Origin: an uncultured Bacillota bacterium
GTDB taxonomy: Bacteria > Sysuimicrobiota > Sysuimicrobiia > Sysuimicrobiales > Segetimicrobiaceae
Length of the DNA: 64,000 nt
Assembly: GCA_963804645.1 (NCBI GenBank)
Contig: CAWDRG010000006.1
Location: 60,540-124,539 of the forward strand
Reading direction: 5' to 3'
The notes beneath the pieces were generated by a model. The model had not been told where the DNA came from. It did not search any database and saw only the letters and a program-made list of their open reading frames with translations. Both the position numbers and the translations under genes were made by a program. Shown piece by piece: positions 19,856-30,400 of this stretch (the first letter of the stretch is position 1; each line of letters opens with the position of its first letter).

Positions 19856-21052
19856 GTGACGATTCCCCACGGTCCCGTCGGGGTCATCGTGCCGGCCGCC
19901 GGCCGCGGTGAGCGCCTGCGGGGCGAGCTCCCGAAGTCCCTCGCGCCGCTCGACGGCCGCCCCCTCGTACAGTACGCTCTCGAGACGCTCGCCGGGGTCG
20001 ACGAGGTGCAGACGATCGTGGTGGTCGCGCCCGCCGACTATCTGGAGTCGGTGCGCGAGCTCACCGTCCGCGCGCGGCTCGAGAAGATCGCGGCCGTCGT
20101 CCCGGGCGGCGCCGACCGCCAGGCGTCGGTCGCGCTCGGCCTCGCGGTGCTGCCGCCGGCCGTCCAGCTGGTGCTGGTGCACGACGGTGCTCGTCCGTGC
20201 GTGAGCGCGTCGCTGATCCGGGCGGTCGCGGCCGCCGCGGCGCGAGACGGCGCCGCCACCGCGGCGGTGCCGGTCGAAGAGACGATCAAGGCGGGCCGGG
20301 ACGGGTGGGTTGCGCGCACGCTCGATCGCTCCGAACTTTACCGCATTCAGACGCCGCAGGGATTTCACCGGGCCCTCCTGGCGCGCGCGCACCGCGACGC
20401 CGAGCGCACCGGCTTTCACGGGACGGACGACGCGGCGCTCGTGGAGCGCCTCGGGCATCCGGTCCGGCTTGTGCCCGGGGAGGCGTCAAATTTGAAGGTG
20501 ACCGTGCCCGCGGATCTTGAGGTGGCGGAGGCCCTGCTGCGGCGCCCGGGTCCGCCGCTCCGCGTGGGGCTCGGGTTTGACACGCACCGGTTTGTCGACG
20601 GGCGCCCGCTGATCCTTGGGGGCGTCGAGATCCCGCACCCGCGCGGGCTCGCCGGCTGGTCGGACGCCGACGTCGTGCTGCACGCGATCATGGACGCGCT
20701 GCTCGGCGCGGCCGGCTGCGCCGACATCGGCCATCAGTTTCCGCCGGGCGATCCGGCGTACGCGGGGGCGCGCAGCCTCGACCTGCTCGCGCGGGTCCGC
20801 GCGCTCTTGACCGAGCATCGGTGGCGGGCCGCGCAGGTCGACGCCGTCGTCATGGCCGAGGCGCCTCGGCTCGCGCCGTACATCGGGGCGATGCGCGACG
20901 CGATCGCGGGCGTGCTGGGCCTGCCGTCTGACGCGGTCAACGTCAAGGCGACGACGCTGGAGGGGATGGGCGCGTTGGGCCGCGAAGAGGGGATCGCCGC
21001 GCAGGCGGTCGCGACGCTCGAGGCGCTGCGTCCGGGCGGGGCCTCCCGGTGA
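19856..21052 (+). CDS. ispDF: bifunctional IspD/IspF (start approximate)
   Basis: PAAGRGER, LVHDGARP, QTPQGF, TDD; then VGLGFDTHRF, SDADV, DIGHQFP, NVKATT. Confidence 0.93.
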   Translation: MTIPHGPVGVIVPAAGRGERLRGELPKSLAPLDGRPLVQYALETLAGVDEVQTIVVVAPADYLESVRELTVRARLEKIAAVVPGGADRQASVALGLAVLPPAVQLVLVHDGARPCVSASLIRAVAAAAARDGAATAAVPVEETIKAGRDGWVARTLDRSELYRIQTPQGFHRALLARAHRDAERTGFHGTDDAALVERLGHPVRLVPGEASNLKVTVPADLEVAEALLRRPGPPLRVGLGFDTHRFVDGRPLILGGVEIPHPRGLAGWSDADVVLHAIMDALLGAAGCADIGHQFPPGDPAYAGARSLDLLARVRALLTEHRWRAAQVDAVVMAEAPRLAPYIGAMRDAIAGVLGLPSDAVNVKATTLEGMGALGREEGIAAQAVATLEALRPGGASR

Positions 21053-21423
21053 CGCCCGAGGCACGGTCCGACCGCGGCGCGTCCGCGCGCGCGGGCGTCC
21101 CGCGCGGGCGGGCCGCGCGGGACGCGTATCTGCTGCTCATCGAGCGCCGGGTGGTGTGCGAACCCGTGGCGGTCGAGCTCGAGGCGGGCGGCGGGCGGCC
21201 GCGCCCGGTCGGATTCTGGCGCGGGACCACGTTTCACCGGGTGATCCGCGTGCTGGAGCGGCGGACGGAGATCGGCACGGCGTACATGCGGTTGCTGACG
21301 GACCGCGGCTGCTGCGACCTGCGGCGCGTGACCACCGTGGACCCCTGGACGTGGCGGTCCGAGAGCCGGTGGGAGCTGATCGCCGAGCTCACCGCGATGC
21401 CGCTCGCCCGGCACGCGCAGTAA
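21049..21423 (+). CDS. hypothetical protein (DUF6504-like)
   Basis: Overlaps the ispDF stop; EPVAVE..P..FWRGTTFHRVIRVLER. Confidence 0.55.
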   Translation: MTPEARSDRGASARAGVPRGRAARDAYLLLIERRVVCEPVAVELEAGGGRPRPVGFWRGTTFHRVIRVLERRTEIGTAYMRLLTDRGCCDLRRVTTVDPWTWRSESRWELIAELTAMPLARHAQ

Positions 21424-21437
21424 GCGGGGAGGCTGCG

Positions 21438-23057
21438 ATGGCGCTTCGGGTCCACAACACGCTGAGCCGCCGGACCGAGGAGTTCGTCCCCCTGGTGCCC
21501 GGCCGGGTCACGATGTACGTCTGCGGGCCGAACCTCTACGGCCCGTCGCACGTCGGGCACGCGATGTCGTACCTGACCTTCGACATCATCCACCGCTACC
21601 TCGAATACCGCGGGTACCGCGTGACCCACGTCCAGAACTTCACCGACATCGAGGACCGCATCATCGAGACCGCGCGGGCGGAAGGCACGACGATCCAGGC
21701 GCTCGCGGCGCGCTACGCCGAGCGGTTCCTCCGCGAGATGGACGGGCTCGGGGTGCGGCGGGCGGACCACTATCCCCGCGCGACCGAGACGATCCCGAAG
21801 ATGATCGAGATCATCCAGGGGCTCGAGCGGAAGGGGCTCGCGTACGCCGTGGACGGAGATGTGTTCTTCCGCGTCACGGCGTTCCCGACGTACGGGCAAC
21901 TGTCCGGCCGGACGCTCGACGAGATGCAGGCGGGTGCGCGGATCGAGGTCGATCCGCGCAAGGAGCATCCGATGGACTTCGTGCTGTGGAAGGCCGCGAA
22001 GCCCGACGAGCCGCAGTGGGACAGCCCCTGGGGCCGGGGCCGGCCGGGCTGGCACATCGAGTGCTCGGCGATGTCGATCTCGCTGCTCGGCGAGCAACTC
22101 GACATCCACGGCGGCGGCCAGGACGTGGTGTTCCCGCACCACGAGAACGAGGTGGCCCAGTCGGAGGGCTACACCGGGAAGCGGCCGTTCGTCCGCTACT
22201 GGGTGCACAACGGTCTCCTGCGGCTCACCGCGGGCGAAGAGAAGATGACCCGCCACCTGGGCAACATCGTGACGATCCGGGAGGCGCTCGCGCGGTTTCA
22301 TCCCGACACGATCCGCGTCTTCGTCTTGTCCTCGCAGTATCGCAGTCCCGCCACCTGGAGCGACGACGCGCTCGACGCGGCGGCGCGCGGCGCCGAGCGC
22401 CTCCGGACCGCCCTCGAGAACCTCGACGCGCTACTGGCCGCCGCGCCCGGCGAGACGCGCCGCGGCGGCGCCCCCGAACTGGAGCGGGCGACCGCGGACC
22501 TCGAGCCGCTGCTCGGGGCCGGTCCCGCGGGGATCCGGACGCGGTTCGACGCGTCGATGGACGACGACTTCGGCGGTCCGGGGGCGCTCGCGGCGCTGTT
22601 CGATCTCGCGAGTGCGCTCAACCGCGTCGTCGACGCCGCCTCGAAGCGCCGCGGGGCGCTCGCCGGCGAGCGCCGGGAGGTCCTGGCGCGCGGGGCGGTG
22701 CTCCTGCGGGAGCTCGGCGGCGTGCTCGGCCTCAAGCTCGTCGCGGTGATCACGCCGGCGCAGGTGGCGGGGCTCCGCCGGCTGGCGCGCGAGCTGGCCG
22801 CCGAGCGGCCGGATCTGTTCGATCCCGCGCGGCTCCCCGCGGACGCGGCGGCGGCCGACGACGGCGCCGCGCGCGAGGACGGGGCGCCGCCCGACGCGTC
22901 GTCGCTGGCGCCGCTCGTGGAGCTGATCGCGGACGGCCGGGCGCAGGCCCGGCGCGCGAAGGATTGGGCCACCGGCGACCGCGTGCGCGCGCGCCTGGCG
23001 GAGCTCGGCGTGCTGCTCGAGGACTCGCCGAGCGGCGTCACCTGGAGGCTGCGCTGA
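21438..23057 (+). CDS. cysS: cysteine--tRNA ligase
   Basis: MYVCGP..HVGH, DFVLWK, GRPGWHIECSAM, FPHHENE; KMSKS loop reads KMTRH. Confidence 0.96.
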   Translation: MALRVHNTLSRRTEEFVPLVPGRVTMYVCGPNLYGPSHVGHAMSYLTFDIIHRYLEYRGYRVTHVQNFTDIEDRIIETARAEGTTIQALAARYAERFLREMDGLGVRRADHYPRATETIPKMIEIIQGLERKGLAYAVDGDVFFRVTAFPTYGQLSGRTLDEMQAGARIEVDPRKEHPMDFVLWKAAKPDEPQWDSPWGRGRPGWHIECSAMSISLLGEQLDIHGGGQDVVFPHHENEVAQSEGYTGKRPFVRYWVHNGLLRLTAGEEKMTRHLGNIVTIREALARFHPDTIRVFVLSSQYRSPATWSDDALDAAARGAERLRTALENLDALLAAAPGETRRGGAPELERATADLEPLLGAGPAGIRTRFDASMDDDFGGPGALAALFDLASALNRVVDAASKRRGALAGERREVLARGAVLLRELGGVLGLKLVAVITPAQVAGLRRLARELAAERPDLFDPARLPADAAAADDGAAREDGAPPDASSLAPLVELIADGRAQARRAKDWATGDRVRARLAELGVLLEDSPSGVTWRLR

Positions 23058-23875
23058 CGCGCGAGCCGGACGACCGCACCGTGGTGCTCGGCCGCCGGGC
23101 CGTGCTCGAGGCGGTGCGGGCGGGACAGCGGATCGCCCGTGTGCTCCTCTCCCGGGGTGCGCACGTGCACGGGCCGCTGGAAGAGATCGCGCGCGAGGCG
23201 CGGGTGCGCGGGATCCCGGTCGAGACGGTCGACCCGCGCCGGCTCGACGCGCTCGGCGGGGGCGTCCCGCACCAGGGCGTCGTCGCGATCGCCCAGGCCC
23301 AACCCCTCGTCACGCTCGATGCGCTGCGCAGCATGCTGCGCGCGCGCCGCGAGGCGCCGTTTCTGATCGCGCTCGACGGGGTCGAGGATCCGCGCAACCT
23401 CGGCGCGGTGATCCGGACGGCCGAGGCCGCGGGCGCGCACGGGGTGATCATCCCGCACCGCCGCGCCGCAGGGCTCGGGCCCACGGTCGTGCGTGCGGCG
23501 GCCGGCGCGACGGCGTACCTGCCGATCGTGGGCGTCACGAATCTCGTCGCGGCGCTCGAGCGGCTCAAGTCCGACGGCGTGTGGGTGATCGGCGCGGACG
23601 CGGGCGCCTCCGAGCGGTACGACGCGGGCGCGCTCGTCCCGCCGGTCGCGCTGGTCGTGGGCGGCGAGGGCCGCGGACTGCACCGCCTCGTGCGGGAGCG
23701 CTGTGATCGGATCGTGAGCATTCCGCTGTGGGGCCGCGTGGCATCGCTCAACGTGTCCGTCGCCGCAGCACTCCTCTTGTACGAGGTGGCGCGGCGCCGC
23801 GAGGCGGCCGGCGCGGCGGGCCCGACGCCCGTGCGCGCTCCCGGCGCGCGCAAAGCCAGTATTGACTTGGCCTAG
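23054..23875 (+). CDS. rlmB: 23S rRNA Gm2251 2'-O-methyltransferase (start CTG 23054 or GTG 23081)
   Basis: HQGVVA, LDGVEDPRNLGAVIRTA, GGEGRG, SLNVSVA; follows cysS. Confidence 0.93.
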   Translation: MTREPDDRTVVLGRRAVLEAVRAGQRIARVLLSRGAHVHGPLEEIAREARVRGIPVETVDPRRLDALGGGVPHQGVVAIAQAQPLVTLDALRSMLRARREAPFLIALDGVEDPRNLGAVIRTAEAAGAHGVIIPHRRAAGLGPTVVRAAAGATAYLPIVGVTNLVAALERLKSDGVWVIGADAGASERYDAGALVPPVALVVGGEGRGLHRLVRERCDRIVSIPLWGRVASLNVSVAAALLLYEVARRREAAGAAGPTPVRAPGARKASIDLA

Positions 23876-23890
23876 AGGCGTTCGTATAAT
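23862..23890 (+). promoter_or_regulatory. sigma70 promoter of sigH
   Basis: TTGACT-17-TATAAT. Confidence 0.8.
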
Positions 23891-24030
23891 ACGCATGACG
23901 CGAAGACAGCCGCAAGCGGCGCCTAGAGGGCGGTCCAGGTTTCCGCAACCAAGTTCGAGCGATCCGAGCAGGGCGTGGTGGGTCGCGGTACGACATCGAC
24001 AGGGCGAGCCCCGGGGCGGAGGCGACAGGC

Positions 24031-24675
24031 GTGGTAGTTGCGCGTAGGCCGGTGGTGGTTCAATCGTACCAGGAAATGGGTGACGAACAGATCGTCGACT
24101 GCGCCAAGAGTGGAGATGAGTTCGCCGCAGAGTTCTTGATCAACAAATACAGGAATTTCGTCCGCGTCAAAGCCAAGGCGTACTTCCTCATCGGGGCCGA
24201 CCGCGAAGATATCATTCAAGAAGGGATGATCGGCCTCTACAAGGCGATCCGCGACTTCCGGCGGGAGAAGCTGTCGTCCTTCCGCGCGTTCGCCGAGCTG
24301 TGTATCACCCGCCAGATCATCACCGCGATCAAGACCGCCACCCGACAGAAGCACATCCCGCTCAACTCGTACATCTCGCTCAACAAGCCGATCTATGACG
24401 AGGACTCCGACCGGACGCTGCTCGATGTGATCAGCAGCATCAAGGTGTCGGACCCCGAGGAGCTGGTGATCAATCAGGAAGCCTCCCAGACCATGCGGGA
24501 GCGCATCCGGAAGAACCTGAGCGACCTCGAATGCCGCGTGCTGACCGCCTACCTGGAGGGGAAGTCGTACCAGGAGATGGCGACCGAGCTGCACCGCCAC
24601 GTGAAGTCGATCGACAACGCACTGCAGCGCGTGAAGCGGAAGCTCGAGCGGAACCTCGAGGGCGAGGAAGAGTAG
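24031..24675 (+). CDS. sigH: RNA polymerase sigma factor SigH (Spo0H-like)
   Basis: YFLIGADREDIIQEGMIGLYKAIRDF..TATRQKHIPLNSY..KSIDNALQRVKRK. Confidence 0.95.
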   Translation: MVVARRPVVVQSYQEMGDEQIVDCAKSGDEFAAEFLINKYRNFVRVKAKAYFLIGADREDIIQEGMIGLYKAIRDFRREKLSSFRAFAELCITRQIITAIKTATRQKHIPLNSYISLNKPIYDEDSDRTLLDVISSIKVSDPEELVINQEASQTMRERIRKNLSDLECRVLTAYLEGKSYQEMATELHRHVKSIDNALQRVKRKLERNLEGEEE

Positions 24676-24700
24676 CGCCACTCGCGCGAAGACCACAGAC

Positions 24701-24727
24701 CCGGGGGGCCGCGACGCGGCCCCCCGG
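24701..24727. terminator. hairpin between convergent sigH and esterase genes
   Basis: ccggggggccgcg-a-cgcggccccccgg. Confidence 0.7.
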
Positions 24728-24747
24728 CGCGTTTCACGCGGATCGCG

Positions 24748-25686
24748 TCAGGGCCGCGCGTCCTGCCGAAACGCCTCGCGCAGGGCGCGCGCCGAGTCGT
24801 CAATGATCTCCCACGCCTTCGCCGTGATGCTCGGCATGCGGTGCGCGCCGTGGATCATCCCCTCGTAGTGGCGGTGCGCCGTGGGGACGCCGGCCTCCGC
24901 GAGGCGCCGGGCATAGTCGGCCGCCTCGTCGAGGAGCGGATCGTACTCGTAGGTCAGGACTGCGGCCGGCGCCACCCCCCGGAGATCCTTGGCGCGCAGC
25001 GGGGAGGCGTCGGGGTGGCTGCGCTGCGCGACGTCGGGGACGTACTGGTCCCAGTACCACCGCATCCCCTCACGGGTGAGGCCGTACCCCTGCGCGAGGC
25101 GCTCGTAGGAGGGGCGCGTAAAGTCGTGGTCGAGGACCGGGCAGATCAGCAGCTGCAGGCGGAGCGGCGGTCCCCCGCGGTCGCGCGCCCGCAGGCCCAT
25201 GACCGCCGCGAGGTTGCCGCCCGCGCTGTCGCCGCCCACGGCGAGGCGACCGTCTCCGCCGATCTCGCGCGCGTGCGCCGCAGCCCACGTGGTCACGGCC
25301 CACGCGTCGTCCACGGCGGCGGGGAAGGGGTGCTCCGGGGCCGAGCGAAAATCGACCGCCGCCACCACGCACGGCGTCCGCTTGGCGAAGGACCGGCACA
25401 GGCCGTCGTGGGTGTCCAGATTTCCGGTGACCCAGCCGCCGCCGTGGAAGAAGACGAGCACCGGCTGCGGGCCCGCGGCCGCGGGGGTGTAGACGCGGGT
25501 GCGAACCGGTCCGGCCGGCCCAGGGACGGTGAGATCCCGCACCGCTGCGACGTCCTCGACGGCCGCGTACTGGAGCGGCGCGCGCTCGACCGCGAGGCGT
25601 CTCGCCTCTTCGGCCGACATCTCGTAAATTGGTGTGGCGCCGGCCTGCGCGTCCAGATAGGTGCGGAGGTCACGATCGAGGGGCAT
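24748..25686 (-). CDS. alpha/beta hydrolase, HSL-family esterase
   Basis: HGGGW, GDSAGG, YDPL.D, HG motifs. Confidence 0.92.
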   Translation of the reverse strand: MPLDRDLRTYLDAQAGATPIYEMSAEEARRLAVERAPLQYAAVEDVAAVRDLTVPGPAGPVRTRVYTPAAAGPQPVLVFFHGGGWVTGNLDTHDGLCRSFAKRTPCVVAAVDFRSAPEHPFPAAVDDAWAVTTWAAAHAREIGGDGRLAVGGDSAGGNLAAVMGLRARDRGGPPLRLQLLICPVLDHDFTRPSYERLAQGYGLTREGMRWYWDQYVPDVAQRSHPDASPLRAKDLRGVAPAAVLTYEYDPLLDEAADYARRLAEAGVPTAHRHYEGMIHGAHRMPSITAKAWEIIDDSARALREAFRQDARP

Positions 25687-25902
25687 CCGCGTTCCTCCCG
25701 TGTCTAGAAGATCGGCCGCGGGGACCGGCGGCCTCTGCTTATCAATCCAGGTTCGCGTCGGGACGCCCGGGTCCCCGTCGCCGCCGTCATGCGCTGACGG
25801 CCGGGCGCGCGGCACACGCAGGGGAGTCTCGCGGGTCGTCTCAGGTACGGCGGGTGGAACTGGCAGACTCGGGCGGAACGGTGAGGGGGACGCTCGCGAG
25901 AC

Positions 25903-26877
25903 TCAGCCGCCGATCTGGGACATGATGCGCTGGACGGGAATCACGTTTTGGGCGAGGCCGTGGCCCCAGGGCTTCTTGAAGGCCGCGGCGCGGAACCGTT
26001 CCCGGATCTCCTCGTATGTGGCGCCCGACCGCAGCGGCGTCCTGAGATCGGCCTCGTCGTCGCGCAGGAGGCACAGGCGCAGCCGGCCCTCCGCGGTGAG
26101 CCGCAGCCGCCCGCACTGCGCGCAGAACGGCTCGCTCACCGAGCTGATGAAGCCCAGCGTGCCGGGCGCGCCCTCGAAGCGGTAGGTGCGCGCCGGGTCA
26201 TAGCCGCTGATATCGAGCGGGACCAGCGGCCCGATCGCCGCCTCGATCTTCGCCATCGTCTCGGCGCTCGGGACGTACGCGCTGGTCTGGAATCCCGCGA
26301 CGCTGCCGAACGGCATCATCTCGATAAACCGGACGGTCCAGTCGCGGGTCGTGGTCAGGCGCGCGAGCTCGACGACGTCATCCTCGTTGAAGCCGCGCAC
26401 GACGACGGCGTTCAGTTTGATCGGCTTGAGGCCCGCCGCGCGCGCGGCGTCGAGGCCGTTCAGCACTTGGTCGAGGTCGCCCCACCGGGTGATCCTGCGG
26501 AACTTGTCGCGGTCGAGGCTGTCGAGGCTGACGTTGACGCGGCGGAGGCCGGCCTCCGCGAGCCCCTGCGCGAGCCCCGCCAAGCGGATCCCGTTAGTCG
26601 TCATGCCGAGGTCGATGATCCCGGGCACCGCGGCGATCCGCCGGGTCAGCTCGACCAGGCCGGGCCGCACTGTGGGCTCGCCCCCGGTCAGCCGGATCTT
26701 CCGCACGCCGAGTTCGGCCGCCGCGCGCACGACCGTGAGGATCTCGTCGTCGGTCAGCATCTCCGCGCGCGGCTTGAAGACCATCTCCTCCGGCATGCAG
26801 TACACGCACCGGAGGTTGCAGCGGTCCGTGAGCGAGATGCGGAGGTCCCTGATCTCCCGACCATACTGATCTTGCAC
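25903..26877 (-). CDS. moaA: GTP 3',8-cyclase MoaA
   Basis: CNLRCVYC radical SAM motif, FCAQCGRLRL..CL, C-terminal MSQIGG. Confidence 0.96.
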   Translation of the reverse strand: MQDQYGREIRDLRISLTDRCNLRCVYCMPEEMVFKPRAEMLTDDEILTVVRAAAELGVRKIRLTGGEPTVRPGLVELTRRIAAVPGIIDLGMTTNGIRLAGLAQGLAEAGLRRVNVSLDSLDRDKFRRITRWGDLDQVLNGLDAARAAGLKPIKLNAVVVRGFNEDDVVELARLTTTRDWTVRFIEMMPFGSVAGFQTSAYVPSAETMAKIEAAIGPLVPLDISGYDPARTYRFEGAPGTLGFISSVSEPFCAQCGRLRLTAEGRLRLCLLRDDEADLRTPLRSGATYEEIRERFRAAAFKKPWGHGLAQNVIPVQRIMSQIGG

Positions 26878-27007
26878 GTGGTCACTCCCGACGCCGAGCG
26901 GTCCAAGCGGCGCTCAAGTAAAGTATAGCACGTGTAAAGTATAACACCCGGGGGAAGCGCGAATTCCTGACTTTTCCGCGTGGAGGAGCCAGCGTGCGGG
27001 GCCCGCC

Positions 27008-27037
27008 TTGCTGGGCGGTTTCGGGCTCTGCTAGACT
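27008..27037 (+). promoter_or_regulatory. promoter of tRNA-Thr
   Basis: TTGCTG-18-TAGACT with TG extension, 18 nt before the tRNA. Confidence 0.6.
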
Positions 27038-27055
27038 ACAGGGGAACCGTCGCGG

Positions 27056-27132
27056 GCCCTCGTAGCTCAATTCGGCAGAGCACCTCACTTGTAATGAGGT
27101 GGTTACCGGTTCAAGTCCGGTCGAGGGCTCCA
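27056..27132 (+). tRNA. tRNA-Thr(UGU)
   Basis: Acceptor GCCCTCG/CGAGGGC, anticodon arm CCTCA-CTTGTAA-TGAGG, T-loop TTCAAGT, encoded CCA. Confidence 0.97.
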
Positions 27133-27440
27133 GTCACGTCCTCCAGGCTGCAGCCGAGTGCGCCGATGCAGGCTGTCGCGGGCTGCGGCACGTTCGTGGA
27201 GCCGGAGCCAGTAGGACCCGACGTGCTAGGGACGGACGTTGACCGTGACACGCCTCGGGCGCGTGGTGCACGTCGTGGCGACCCAAAGGCTCAGCATCGC
27301 GCGCGGTCGTCGCGACCGTGGTACGCAGGTAGTGAGAGACGTGACCGTTGCCGTGTCGGCGCTCACAAACGATGACGAGTTGTGCGCGCTGCGCGGCCGG
27401 ATCAGCCGGCCGCGCAGCGAGATCGAAGGAGACGGTCAAC

Positions 27441-30400
27441 ATGGCGTTCGTGGCCTGGCACAACCAAACCCTGACCGACCACCTCGGCCTTACGAAGCAA
27501 TACGAGGCCCAGGGTTACGGCTTCATCTCGCTGAGCGTCTATGGATCAACATCGTCGCCGTACTATGCCGCCGTGATGGTGCAACCATCGCCGGCCGCGC
27601 AGCATCACTATCCCGCCGTACCGGTGAATCAGTGGCAGCAGCTGTTCAATCAGGAAGCCGGACAAGGCTATGGGCCGACGATGGTCGCCGCCACCGGCTC
27701 GGCGGTGAGCCCACTGTACGCTGCAGTCTTCGAACCGCAAGACCCAATTCCGCTGACGATCAACGGCATCGGCCTGCCCATCCAAGGCTGGCAGGCGCAG
27801 ACACTCAACAACAACGGAAAGACCGGCGGCCCGTCCGCCGCGGGCGGCCTCTTCGTCAGCGTCTACAACGATCAGCAGCACTTTGCGTATCTCGACGGGA
27901 GCGGCAACATCCAGGATGCGTGGTACAGCGGCGACGAGTGGCAGCTCCAGCAGATCAATAACGGCGGAAAGACCAAAGGGCCGGCCGCTGCCGGCAGTCT
28001 CTTCGTCAGCGTCTACAACAATCAGCAGCATTTCACCTACGTCGATACCGGGGGCAACATTCACGACGCCTGGTACGGTAACGGCGGCTGGCAGATCCAG
28101 CAGCTCAACAACGGCGGAACGGTCGATGGCCCGGCCGCCGTCGGCGGTCTCTTCGTCAGCGTCTACAACGACCAGCAACACTTCACCTATCTCGACGGCC
28201 TCGGCAACATCCAGGACGCCTGGTACGGCAACGACGGCTGGCACACCCAGCGGCTCAACAACGGCCACGGCGGACAAACCGACGGCCCGGACGCGGTCGG
28301 CGGCCTCTTCGTCAGCGTCTACAATGATCAGCAGCACTTCACTTACCTCGATGACGGCGATAACCTCCAGGACATTTGGTATGGCAGCGACGGCTGGCAC
28401 GTCCAGCGGCTTAACAACGGCCACGGCGGCAAGACCGACGGCCCGGCCGCGGCCGGCGGTCCGTTCGTCAGTGTCTACAACGACCAGCAGCACTTTGCGT
28501 ATCTCGACGGACTCGGTAACCTCCAGGACATCTGGTACGGCAACGACGGCTGGCACGTCCAGCAGCTCAACAACGGGCACGGCGGCAAGACCGACGGCCC
28601 GGCCGCGGTCGGCGGCCCGTTCGTCTGCGTGTATGACGATCAGCAGCACTTCGCCTACCTCGACGGCCAGGGCAACCTCCAGGACGCCTGGTACGGTAAC
28701 GGAGGCTGGCACGTCCAGCAGCTCAACAACGGCCACGGCGGCAAGACCGACGCCCCGGCCGCGGTCGGCGGCCCATTCGTCTGCGTGTATGGCGATCAGC
28801 AGCACTTCGCCTACCTCGACGGCGGCGGTAACGTCCAGGACGTCTGGTACAGCACGTACGTCCAGACCCTTGCGGTACTGAATGCGCTGGCGAAGAGCCA
28901 GGGGCTGATCCTGCGGTGGGCCGCGTCGTATGGTGATTCGATGGGTCGGGCCTTTGTCGCGATCTGGATCCCCAATTCCGGCCAGACACTTTGGAATAAC
29001 GACGGGGTCTCCGATAGCGCCAGCGGCTATCAGGCCCGCTTTGACGCGGAGGCCTCCGGGTGGTGCCGACCCGCGTTCGTCACCCTGAATACGAATTTGG
29101 AATATCTCTCAATCTTCGTGGATAACCAGATCGGTCCGTTGTGGGCGAACCACGAACTGACATCGGCCCAGTACCAGTCCGCGTCCGACACGTTGGTGCA
29201 ACAAGGCTTTTTCCCCATCTGCGTACAGGCCGCCGGACCGGATCCGGATTTCGCGACGTTTTCCGCGATCTTCGCGAAGAGCCAGCAGGTCGTCGGGAAG
29301 CAGTTCAGCGCGACGGGGCCGGTGGCCAATGCCCAGATCGACGCGGTCATCGCACCGTTGATGCAGACCTATGGCGTACGTCATGCCGCACTGGCCATCG
29401 TGCACGACCGGCAGCTCGTGTATGCGCGGGCGTACACGCTGGCCGAGCCCGACTGGCCGGTCGCGCAGCCGACCACCTGCTTCCGCCTGGCGAGCGTGTC
29501 CAAGGTGCCGACCGCCGTGGCCATTTATCAACTGATCCAGGCGGGGACGCTCAAGCTGGGGGACTCGCTCCAGGGCATTCTGCAGCTCACGACACCCTCC
29601 GGCGGACCGCCCGTGGATTTACGGTTCAACCAAATTACCATCCAACAGCTGCTCGAACACAAGAGCGGACTGATTCCCGACGGGCCCACTTCCGGCGCGT
29701 TCGATGATGGTGTGGCTGTGGCGAAAGCGTTTCCGACGGCGACGCTGCCCGTGAGCGCCCCGATGACGGACTCGTACATTGCCAGCCTTCGCCTCCAGAG
29801 CAACCCGGGCGCCACGCAAGTGTACAACAACTGCGGCTACTATCTGTTGGCGCGTGTCGTCGCAAAGCTGCGCGGTCAAAGCCGTCCGATCGACGCGTAC
29901 CAGCAGTATTTGTTCAATCCGCTGTCGATCACGCGCATCCGCCGCGCGGTGAGCTTGGTCGCCGACCAGCCGCCGGACGAAGCGCGGTACCAGGACTACG
30001 ATCTCATCGTGGATGCGAGTCAAATGTCCGAGCCACAACCGCTGGTCCCCGACATGTACGGCGACCTCCAACTCGAGATCATGGAAGGGTCGGGCGGGCT
30101 GACCGGGGCCGTTCCCGACGTGGCGCGGCTGATCGCGATCCTCATTTCGCAGCAGGACAATCCCGCCAGCACGCGGGCGACGCTGGTGAATATGCTGTCG
30201 GCTGGAGCGGCGCTGAGCACCGCTGGCTTCGCGCGCGCGGGGTATGGGTTTGACTTCGTCAGCAGCTTGGGCGGCGGCCAGTTCGACGCCCAGAAAGGCG
30301 GCTTGTGGGACAGCTCGTCCAGCATCCTATCACTCAACGGGGAGTGGGGATTTACGATGCTGTGGGGTAGTGGACGGCCTGGTCAACTCCCGAACCAGCC

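Noticed and set aside
27789..28853. Tandem DNA repeats as CRISPR or DGR template/variable repeats
   Set aside because: They are in-frame protein repeats with no unique spacers, and no reverse transcriptase is present.
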